From NCBI GenBank assembly GCA_002269645.1, contig NIVC01000513.1, positions 1-64,000 of the forward strand: DNA of 64,000 bases, written 5' to 3'. Shown in pieces: positions 51,680 to 63,100 of the stretch (position 1 is its first letter; each line of letters opens with the position of its first letter). A model generated the notes under the pieces. That model worked only from the letters and a program-made list of their open reading frames with translations, did no database searches and was not told where the DNA came from. The DNA comes from Macrostomum lignano (taxonomy: Eukaryota). The position numbers were made by a program, and so were the translations under genes.

Positions 51680-51785
51680 ACATCCGTTTGTTGACTTAAA
51701 CCAGATGCACATGCAGATGTACACAATGCACTATGCTCAGTCTGGCATGGATTCTACAGGTCAAACTCTTCTAGGTGATATGTAG
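47480..51785 (+). CDS. SoxB1: SoxB1-class HMG-box transcription factor, 2 exons (47480-47782, 50958-51785), 376 aa
   Basis: The HMG box [38 protein letters not shown]...[15 protein letters not shown] is nearly identical to SOX2. R-V-K-R-P and the lack of the B2-type P in RRKxK favour B1. The intron TCT|GTGAGT...GTCCAG|TTC is phase 0. Exon 1 assignment is less certain than the HMG exon. Confidence 0.88.
47895..49385. repeat. 22/23-bp minisatellite CCTGGAATCCCGGTCACTC(T/CC)CA in the SoxB1 intron
   Basis: Direct reading. A ~226-bp higher-order repeat occurs near 48830-49300. Confidence 0.96.
50120..50790. repeat. 16-bp minisatellite CTTGGTGCTGGCGCCC, ~42 perfect copies, in the SoxB1 intron
   Basis: Direct reading. 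Confidence 0.98.
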
Positions 51786-51917
51786 CCACAACTGACCAAT
51801 ACGTTTGAAACTGAGTTGCTCTGTGAGTTAGACTGCACTCTGTAGGTCCTGCATGTTTAGTTAATAATGTAAGTCGACACCTTTACGTGAGTACAGTTCT
51901 TCTCCCTGACTGCGGCA

Positions 51918-52495
51918 GTGGGTCAGAGGGGTAGAAATTTTGGGATGGAGTGGTGGGTTAGAGGGGTAGGAATTGGGATGGGGTGGTGGGTTCGAGGGGT
52001 AGAAATTGGGATGGGGTGTTGGGTTAGAGGGGTAGGAATTGGGATGGGGTGGTGGGTTCGAGGGGTAGAAATTGGGATGGGGTGGTGGGTTCGAGGGGTA
52101 GAAATTGGGATGGGGTGGTGGGTTAGAGGGGTAGGAATTGGGATGGGGTGGTGGGTTAGAGGGTAGGAATTGGGATGGGGTGGTGGGTTAGAGGGTAGGA
52201 ATTGGGATGGTGCGGTGGGTTAGAGGGGTAGGAATTTGGATGGGGTGGTTAGAGGGGTAGGAATTGGGATTGGGTGGTGGGTTAGAGGGGTAGGAATTGG
52301 GATGGGGTGGTGGGTTAGAGGGGTAGGAATTGGGATGGGGTGGTGGGTTAGAGGGGTAGGAATTGGGATGGGGTGGTGGGTTAGAGGGGTAGGAATTGGG
52401 ATGGGGGTGGGTTAGAGGGGTAGGAATTGGGATGGGGTGGTGGGTTAGAGGAGTAGGAATTGGGATGGGGTGGTGGGTTAGAGGGGTAGGAAGTA
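51918..52495. repeat. ~33-bp G-rich minisatellite GGGTTAGAGGGGTAGGAATTGGGATGGGGTGGT
   Basis: Direct reading. Each unit has four G3+ runs. Confidence 0.95.
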
Positions 52496-54141
52496 TGAGT
52501 AGCTAGTAGCTCGTATGACAATGGTTTGCTACCTAATGCTTCATCAATCATCAGAGACATTCAGTGAGTAGCTAAGTGAACTAAATATAATAAATTAAAA
52601 AACTGATTGAAAGTAAATATGTGCAAAAACAACAAAAATATTTGCTTACTTTTCTTGCCATTGATTTTTGAACACTATAGATCTCAAAAAGCCACTTGTT
52701 ACATTGTTTTTTTGTACGTTTCAACTGTTCCCAGCCTTTTGTCTCTCGTCGTCGAATTCTAAGTGACGTAGTAGCTAGTGCTCCTTGTACAAACATTCTT
52801 TGCTGAACTGCCTTCTATCTAAAATTTTCATTACTGAAATTGTCCTACTATAAACCGCTGTTTTGCAACTTTTATATTTGAATAGCTAACCTACGCTCGT
52901 ATATGTTAATGCAGCTAGTCTTTGTTGGTTATAAAAATGGACCACAAATGCAATCTTGTACAAATGATAAGGTGCGGCCACCAACCACCAACCTGAACTA
53001 AATAGAATAATAAATTAAATAAACTCCATCAAATCATTGACTGAAAAGTCTATGGAAAGAAACATTATTTTAGTTTCATAGCGTACGCTCGTACTGTGGG
53101 TGTTTTGTCAAACGTATAACTATATTATATTTAAATCGCTTTAGCAGATGTTTAAACAAACCGTAAATTTGCTAATAAATATATATATGAAAATGTCTAA
53201 AAAGCTTTCAAATTTGATATTCATTTTAAACTACATTAAAAAAGAGCAATGTTACAAACAGTCAGTTGGTTTTGTATTATTATTATTATTATGCTAATTG
53301 TGGGTTAATTAATAATTACTCCCGAATCGTGCGCTTGATCAGTAAAAATATTGGTGCTAAAACGTTAAAGAACAAATATAAATTAGCTAGGTAAAACAAA
53401 AAGATTTTTTGGAGCAAACTTCTTGTGTTTAAAATGGCGTGTACTGAAAAGTGTATTAATAAAAGTGAAAAGTCTAACAAAATAACTAATTGCAATTGCT
53501 GCGTGCTAAATTAATAGAAAAATATGAGCGAAAACTAAAAATTTAAGCAAAGCGTTCTAGAATTAACAAAAAGTATTATGCTTCAGAGTTTCGTGCGATG
53601 TAATTATAAATTGACTATATGGGCCTGGCACTCCGATTTAGGAAAAATGTGGATATTTTCTTTTAAAATTATCATTATTTTTTAAGACACTAATAAATGA
53701 AACATTGTTTTAAATTGAAAACGAAATAGTTTTGCTGACTACGATTCCTGATTTCAATTTATATTCACATTTAACCTGCCACGAGGTATAGTCCCATGTA
53801 CATGTAACAGTGCAATCAATTTATTTTATGAGAGGCAAAATTGGTAAATCGCTAAAGGAAATTTGGATAACAATTATATATTCAATTAGTAAAGTATAGT
53901 TTCCGTGAGTTTCAAAATTAAATAAAATTATTGCTGGAACTTTGATTTGTTTGAATTAGCAATAAGCACTAAAAGAGCGCTAAGTAGTTATGAACTATTA
54001 AACACTGAAATGTTTTTAGCTAAGGAATTTAGATAATAAAATGAATAAGCATTGTTCCGCCAGGTTGTTCACTGTGTCGGAGACGTTTTTGTCAGAGAAA
54101 CTTTCAAGTCGACATCAAAGCTGCACTCGCGTGCACACTCG

Positions 54142-57100
54142 TCACATCTGGTGTAGGGAGGATGACATCCCGGATACGCCATAGCTGGGCATGACCATTC
54201 GGTCCAAGCTCTGGAACAGCATCGCCTGCTGGTCTGCGGGCGGCATTCCAGAAACGGGTTTCCAGCTGATTTACGTGTGCAAAACAATTTCTAATTGATG
54301 CTCGGAGAACCGGCCAAAAACACAACAGAGAATCGGCCAAAAACACAACAGAGAATCGGCCAAGGACACCACAGAGAATCGGCCAAGGACACCACAGAGA
54401 ATCGCCAAAGACACAACAGAGAATCGCCAAAGACACCACAGAGAATCGCCAAAGACACCACAGAGAATCGGCCAAGGACACCACAGAGAATCGCCAAAGA
54501 CACCACAGAGAATCGGCCAAGGACACCACAGAGAATCGCCAAAGACACAACAGAGAATCGGCCAAGGACACTGCAGACAATCGCCCAAAGACACCGCAGA
54601 CAATCGCCCAAAGAAACCACAGAGAATCGCCCAAAGACATTGCAGAGAATCGCCCAAGGACAACACAGAGAATCGCCAAAGACACCACAGAGAATCGCCA
54701 AAGACACAACAGAGAATCGCCAAAGACACCACAGAGAATCGCCAAAGACACCACAGAGAATCGGCCAAGGACACCACAGAGAATCGCCAAAGACACCACA
54801 GAGAATCGGCCAAGGACACCACAGAGAATCGCCAAAGACACAACAGAGAATCGGCCAAGGACACTGCAGACAATCGCCCAAAGACACCGCAGACAATCGC
54901 CCAAAGAAACCACAGAGAATCGCCCAAAGACATTGCAGAGAATCGCCCAAGGACAACACAGAGAATCGCCCAAGGACAACACAGAGAATCGCCCGAAGAT
55001 ACCACAGAGAATCGCCCAAAGAAACTGCAGACGATCGCCCAAAGACACTACAGAGAATCAGTCAAGGACACCACAGAGAATCGCCAGAAGATCCCCCACA
55101 GAGAATCGCCCAAAGACACCACAGAGAATCGCACAAGGACACTGCAGACAATCGGCCAAAGACACTACAGAGAATCGCCCAAAGACACCACAGAGAATCG
55201 GCCAAGGACACCACAGAGAATCGGCCAAGGACACCACAGAGAATCGCCCAAGGACACTACAGAGAATCGCCCAAAGACACCACAGAGAATCATCTAAAGA
55301 CATCACAGAGAATCATCCAAAGAAACCACAGATAATCGTCCAAAGACACCACATGCAGAGAATAGCCGAAAGACACCAAAAAACCGTTTGCCTTCAACTG
55401 CTGCATCTACACTCACCTGGCGGGATGTGGTGCAACTCGCACTGTTTCCGAACAAAGTCAGCTATGACTTCTCGTCGCAGCTCGAGGCCTTGCATTTTGG
55501 TGACAAACGAACTGCAATGTTGAATTCATTTGGGCGGAGGGCTCACTGTCGCTTCAGAAACTTTATAAGAACTTTGGAAAATCAGAAGTTTTTGTGCGAT
55601 ACACAATCAACACATGCACACAGGGATAAGCAAAATAAATAGAACTATTTTGCTGATTACCACCTAGCCTGAGCACATACTTCTCAAGCGTACAGGCGCA
55701 CCAATACTGTACACAAAGGCACGCACTCATTGGGGGTTGGCCCTCATTTCTGTGATTCGCACGACAACCCCGGCTGATTTTCGCGCAGAAGAATTGGATT
55801 TCTCTAAAACTCATAAAATTATAATTTAATTTTTAATCAATAATTACTCAGGGAAATTTCTACCCTAGAAAACCTTCAATTTTACTGAAGCCTGAAAGTT
55901 TCACTATGCACAAATATTACGTTTTTCATTTCTTGATGGATTCCGAATGCATCGCGCGATTGATTTTACGCATTTAAACAAATTGAGTTCCAATTTGAAA
56001 ATAGATCGAGGGCAATGATTTTTTGAAAATTGTCAATCAATCTGCGAAATTGCTGCTCGGGTGATGCCAGAGCTTCCAATCCAGGTCACTTGAAATATCT
56101 GACTCTGAATAACCCTGAAAACATTTCGGTTGATACTTCACTCAATTCAACTCTGCACACTGCATCTCAATCCGCGTAGGTGAGCACAGTCAATGCTCAA
56201 GAGCTTTGCAGAGCCAGGAGCATTCTCAACCGAAATTCTGTGTGACAACGCAGATGCAGCTGCGTTACCTTTTTCTATATATAAATGAAGCCTCATCTTC
56301 ATCTCAACCAGCCTCTCTCAAAGAGTGGAACGGTTGAGCCTAATTTGAATAGAATTTCTGCCAGCAGCAGCAGCAGCAGCAGAAGCAGCCGCTTCAAGCA
56401 GACAGTTTGCAGACTTTTCGACGCCAAGAATTTCCCGTTCCGGAGAGCTGGCCGCTGCTGCTCAGGCGGAGTTGGGCGCCGGGGCTGACTCAGGGCGGCC
56501 CCCCCCGCTGCCTTCACTTCCTCTGTTGTGGGCTTGGGGTGGCCGTCAGGGCAGCGGCATTGTCAGGCGGACCTGCTTTTTCTCCGCAGCTACCCAGGCA
56601 AAGCTGAAAGCTGGATATTCTTCTTCTGCTTTTCCCCTCCTCTTTGCATGGCCTTAGAGGCAGCTGGTTACACACTGCCTGCCTTCTGGCTTTGAAGAAT
56701 ACTCACAAACAAGCAGTTCATAATAAGTTGCCGATTCTGAAGCAGCCAAGATAGAGTCTTGGGGAGTCCTCTGCCCCCTCTCCGGCTTGATTAAAATTGC
56801 CGTTCATTAAAGTTGTTTCTTTCTTCGGACACAATGCGGCCTGCGTTTTGGCCTCACGCGGCGCGGCACAGCGGGTGCCTGGCATTGGGGCCGCTAATTA
56901 ATGCGAACAAATAGAATATTAAAGTGGCGATTCTGTTTTGTCTTGTCAAACACAACAGCTGCGGGGGCAGAGGCTGTAACTAAGGATGTCAAGAATGTTT
57001 CTGGACTGACAGCAAGTGGTGCACAGGAGCAGAGAGAGCGTACGCTCTCAAAAAGATTAACATCTTCAAAATTCCAAGGCGCTTCATTCAGGTTTTAACA

Positions 57101-60100
57101 ACTTTGAAGCCTTTTTTAATTGGCTGAATAATCATTATGTCAAACTTTCATGCAGGCTGAATGTTTACAAAGTAATTCAGTAAGTCAAATTTTCATTTAA
57201 GAGTTCTTCTCTTTAGAAAAGGGCGCCATTTCATTAAGGGGTGGCGCCATTTCATCTGAGGGGGCTCCATTTCATCTGATGGGACGTCATTTCATCTGAG
57301 GGGGGCGCCATTTCATCTGACGGGGCGCCATTTCATCTGAGGGGGGCGCCATTTCATCTGAGGGGGCGCCATTTCATCTGAGGGGGGCGCCATTTCATCT
57401 GAGGGGGCGCCATTTCATCTGAGGGGGCGCCATTTCATCTGAGGGGGCGCCATTTCATCTGAGGGGGCGCCATTTCATCTGAGGGGGCGCCATTTCATCT
57501 GAGGGGGCGCCATTTCATCTGAGGGGGGCGCCATTTCATCTGAGGGGGGCTCCATTTCATCTGAGGGGGCGCCATTTCATCTGAGGGGGGCGCCATTTCA
57601 TCTGAGGGGGGCGCCATTTCATCTGAGGGGGCGCCATTTCATCTGAGGGGGGCGCCATTTCATCTGAGGGGGGCGCCATTTCATCTGAGGGGGCTCCATT
57701 TCATCTGAGGGGGGCTCCATTTCATCTGAGGGGGGCGCCATTTCATCTGAGGGGGGCGCCATTTCATCTGAGGGGGGCGCCTTTTCATCTGAGGGGGCAC
57801 CTTTTTATTTGAGGTGATGCTAAATCAACTGCAGTACAGCCCTTGGTCTGTACTTTTAATCTGGAAATCTATTTATTCGTTGCCTATCTCGATGATAAAA
57901 AAGTAAGATCAATATGATTTCGAAAGCAGGAAAGTTAGCAAATTATCATAGTTACTGTTTGCTACTGTCTATCACTAATTTTTATAATGTTAAAAACGCG
58001 CATTGTGCTACTCATAGTACATGCTAAAACTGTGTGCATCCATTGTTCCCTTTAGTCTAAGCTGCTCAATTTCAGCGAAATAATGCCATAATTACACGCG
58101 CATCTCAGCTCACCTGATGAGGGCGGTGATCCGGTACGATGACTGGTCGTAGCTCCCCGTCCTGAAAGTTTTCAATTTAGGGAATCTCATGAGTGGAAAT
58201 CTAATGAAGATTCGAGTCTCATTGAGAGCCAGTCTTCACAAGCTGAGATAAAGATTAGTGAAAAAATCATGAAAAGACGAGTCACAGCTCAAGGAGATAA
58301 TCTCATATGGAGAAGGGAAAGAAGATTAATTTTTAAGGGGATAATCTCATAGGTTGGAGAATCTCATGGGTTAGAGAATCTCACGGGCTGGAGAATCTCA
58401 GGTTGGAGAATCTCATAGGTTAGAGAATCTCAGGTTGGAGAATCTCATAGTTTGGAGGATCTCACTGGCTGGATACTCTCATGGGGCTGAAGAATCTCAC
58501 GTTTTGGAGGATCTCATTGGTAGGAGAATCTCACAGGTTGGAGAATCTCATAGGTTGGAGAATCTCACGGGTTGGAGAATCTCACAGGTTGGAGAATCTC
58601 ATAGGTTGGAGAATCTCATAGGTAGGAGAATCTCACGGGTTGGAGAATCTCACGGGTTGGAGAATCTCACGGGTTGGAGAATCGCACGTTTTGGAGGATT
58701 TCATAGGTTGGAGAATATCATAGGTTGGAGAATCTCACGGGTTGGAGAATCTCACAGGTTGGAGAATCTCACGGGTTGGAGAATCTCATAGGTTGGAGAA
58801 TCTCACGGGTTGGAGAATCTTACGGGTTGGAGAATCGCGCCTGGTGCTGAAATATTTCACTGTCTCCTTATTTATACATGAATTACTTGGAGAAAAAATT
58901 GTTATAAGCTGTTTATTATGCTACTGTAAGTAAGCGACATGCGTATGAGAACCGGTCCCCAGCCCGGGACCCCACCTGGAGCGCTGCTCGGCCTCGAGAG
59001 CGTCGGCGAATGCGGCAGTCCAGAACCGCTGCGACTGCCAGATGCCCTGGTCCTTCAGGTAGTTGTACAGGTAGGTCTTGCGGTCCGAGGTGAACTGGTT
59101 CGATGGCACTGGGGGGATCAGGGCGTCAGGTGTCAGATTAACGATGCTCTGAGTGTCACATTAGCGATGCTTTGAGTGTCAGATTAGCGATGCTTTGAGT
59201 GTCAGATTAGCGATGATTTGGGTGTCAGATTAGCGATGATTTGGGTGTCAGATTAGCGATGATTTGGGTGTCAGATTAGCGATGATTTGGGTGTCAGATT
59301 AGCGATGATTTGGGTGTCAGATTAGCGATGATTTGGGTGTCAGATTAGCGATGATTTGGGTGTCAGATTAGCGATGATTTGGGTGTCAGATTAGCGATGA
59401 TTTGGGTGTCAGATTAGCGATGATTTGGATGTCAGATTAGCGATGATTTGGGTGTCAGATTAGCGATGATTTGGGTGTCAGATTAGCGATGATTTGGGTG
59501 TCAGATTAGCGATGATTTGGGTGTCAGATTAGCGATGATTTGGGTGTCAGATTAGCGATGATTTGGGTGTCAGATTAGCGATGATTTGGGTGTCAGATTA
59601 GCGATGATTTGGGTGTCAGATTAGCGATGATTTGGGTGTCAGATTAGCGATGATTTGGGTGTCAGATTAGCGATGATTTGGGTGTCAGATTAGCGATGAT
59701 TTGGGTGTCAGATTAGCGATGATTTGGGTGTCAGATTAGCGATGCTTTAAGTGTCAGATTAGCGATGCTTTGGGTGTCAGATTAGCGATGATTTGGGTGT
59801 CAGATCTACAAAGCTGTGGGTGTCAGGGATGACAAAGGAGTCCCAGGGTTTCCAGGAGTGGCCTCGGGCAGCTCACTGGTGTAAAACACGAAGGCGGCAT
59901 CCAGCAGAGCCCTGGCGGAGCGCCAGTCCTCGGCGAGGCTGCACTCCATCAGGGCAGCCGCCAGGCTCTGCGCCATGGCGTAGAAGGCCGACTCGTCAAG
60001 TCTGTCGGCGAAGCCGCCTCCAATGCCGCGACTCTGCTGCTGCTGTTGGTACATCTCCAGGGCCTTGACGAACCAGACTCGGCCTGGCAGCTTCTGAAAT

Positions 60101-63100
60101 CAAGGAATAGAGGATGATGTTTTAACATTTGGCGCCACCGATAGACAATTTTGATGGCGTCTGGATTCTGATTCATGGACAAAAAATTTGTTTCTAGCGC
60201 CTCTCACTAAACAGATTTCGGCGCCTCTCACTAAACAGATTTCGGCGCCACCAATAAACAGATTTCGGCGCCACCAATAAACTGATTTCGGCGCCACCAA
60301 AAAATCGACTTCGGCGCCACCAATAAACCGACTTCGGCACCACCAATAAACTGATTTCGGCGCCACCAATAAACCGCTTTCGGCGCCATCAATAAACCGA
60401 TTTTGGCGCCACATTTAAACTGATTTCGGCGCCACCAATAAACTGATTTCGGCGCCACCAATAAACCGATTTCGGCGCCACCAATAAACTGATTTCGGCG
60501 CCACCAATAAACCGATTTCGGCGCCACCAATAAACTGATTTCGGCGCCACCAATAAACCGATTACGGCGCCACGAATAAACTGATTTCGGCGCCACCAAT
60601 AAACCGATTTCGGCGCCATCAATAAACTGATTTTGGCGCTACCAATAAACTGATTTCGGCGCCACCAATAAACCGCTTTCGGCGCCATCAATAAACCGAT
60701 TTTGGCGCCACATTTAAACTGATTTCGGCGCCACCAATAAACCGATTTCGGCGCCACCAATAAACCGATTTCGGCGCCACCAATAAACTGATTTCGGCGC
60801 CACCAATAAACCGATTTCGGCGCCACCAATAAACTGATTTCGGCGCCACCAATAAACCGATTACGGCGCCACGAATAAACTGATTTCGGCGCCACCAATA
60901 AACCGATTTCGGCGCCATCAATAAACTGATTTTGGCGCTACCAATAAACTGATTTCGGCGCCATTATTAAACTGATTTCGGCGCCACCAATAAACCGCTT
61001 TCGGCGCCATCAATAAACCGATTTCGGCGCCACCAATAAACTGATTTCGGCGCCATCAATAAACTGATTTCGGCGCCATCAATAAACCGATTTCGGCGCC
61101 ACCAATAAACCGATTTCGGCGCCATCAATAAACTGATTTAGGCGCCACCAATAAACCGATTTCGGCGCCACCAATAAACCGATTTCGGCGCCACCAATAA
61201 ACTGATTTCGGCGCCACCAATAAACCGCTTTCGGCGCCACCAATAAACTGATTTCGGCGCCACCAATAAACTGATTTCGGCGCCACCAATAAACTGATTT
61301 CGGCGCCACCAATAAACCGATTTCGGCGCCACCAATAAACTGATTTCAGCGCCACCAATAAACTGATTTCGGCGCCACCAATAAACCGCTTTCGGCGCCA
61401 TCAATAAACCGATTTCGGCGCCACCAATAAACCGATTTCGGCGCCACCAATAAACCGATTTCGGCGCCACCAATAAACTGATTTCGGCGCCACCAATAAA
61501 CCGATTTCGGCGCCACCAATAAACTGATTTCGGCGCCACCAATAAACTGATTTCGGCGCCACCAATAAACTGATTTCGGCGCCACCAATAAACTGATTTC
61601 GGCGCCACCAATAAACCGCTTTCAGCGCCACCAATAAACTGATTTCGGCGCCACCAATAAACCGCTTTCGGCGCCATCAATAAACCGAATTCGGCGCCAC
61701 CAATAAACCGATTTCGGCGCCACCAATAAACTGATTTCGGCGCCACCAATAAACTGATTTCGGCGCCACCAATAAACCGATTTCGGCGCCACCAATAAAC
61801 TGATTTCGGCGCCACCAATAAACCGATTTCGGCGCCACCAATAAACCGATTTCGGCGCCACCAATAAACTGGTTTCAGCGCCACCAATAAACTGACTTCG
61901 GCGCCACCAATAAACCGCTTTCGGCGCCATCAATAAACCGATTTCGGCGCCACCAATAAACTGATTTCGGCGCCACCAATAAACTGATTTCGGCGCCACC
62001 AATAAACTGATTTCGGCGCCACCAATAAACTGATTTCGGCGCCACCAATAAACTGATTTCGGCGCCACCAATAAACTGATTTCGGCGCCACCAATAAACT
62101 GATTTCGGCGCCACCAATAAACTGATTTCGGCGCCACCTATAAACCGATTTCGGCGCCACCAATAAACTGATTTCGGCGCCACCAATAAACCGAATTCGG
62201 CGCCGCCAATAAACCGCTTTCGGCGCCATCAATAAACTGATTTCGGCGCCACCAATAAACCGATTTCGGCGCCACCAATAAACCGATTTCGGCGCCACCA
62301 ATAAACTGATTTCGGCGCCATCAATAAACAGATTTTATTGACGTCTGAATCTTATTCACAATTTTTAACTTCAACATCAAATTTTCTCACCTGACACATC
62401 CTTGAAAAGTTGGCCTTGTCCGGCTGACCCATCATGTGACTGCAATGATCAGATTAGTCATCAACTTTTGCCGAACTTTTATAGCAGAATAGTTAAGCAT
62501 TGTTCAACCGTCCTCACCTCCTATTGATGACCAGATCCACATACTTGGTCATGAACTCGCGGCACATCTGCACGCCCGGGTCACTCAGGTCCTCCGCCTT
62601 CTGCCATTCGAGACTCATCGGCCCGGAGATGCCGCCGCCGACATTCCAGCCGCCGTCATCTCGCCATCCGCCGACGCCGCCTCCACCGACACCTCCGATG
62701 CCGCCGTCCAGCTGCTGCATCTGGGGGTCCATGCCGGCCAGGGACTGCCGGCGGACCAGCGCTAAACTGTCGGTGCCGCCGAGGCCACCGAAGCCTCCTC
62801 CGGACATCATCCAGCGCTCCTGCTGCTGCTGCTGCGGCTGCGACGGCGGCGGACCTCCGGCTTCGAACCTGGCGGAGCCGTAGCTGGTCGGCAGCACGCT
62901 GGTGCTCAGGCGCGAGCCGGGCAGCTGGTAGGTGCGAAACTCCTGGCTGAACATGGGCTGCTGCTGCGGCTGTTGCTGCTGCTGTTGTTGCTGGTCAAAC
63001 CCACCAGAGTCCAAGCCCAGCCCTTGGCTGTAGGTTGCCACAATCTCCCGCGAGAGACTCGACATGTTCCACGAGCCTCCGCCAGTCAGAGGGTCGCCGC

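Noticed and set aside
50820-51683. 287-aa antisense ORF over SoxB1
   Set aside because: It is a shadow of GC-rich CAG-repeat coding sequence and has no independent features.
51950-52490. Interstitial telomere
   Set aside because: GGGTTAG occurs once per 33-bp unit and there are no tandem TTAGGG repeats.
58114-58167. Hammerhead-like CTGATGAG...GAAA
   Set aside because: It is the antisense of a coding exon and the core is non-canonical (T inserted before GAAA).
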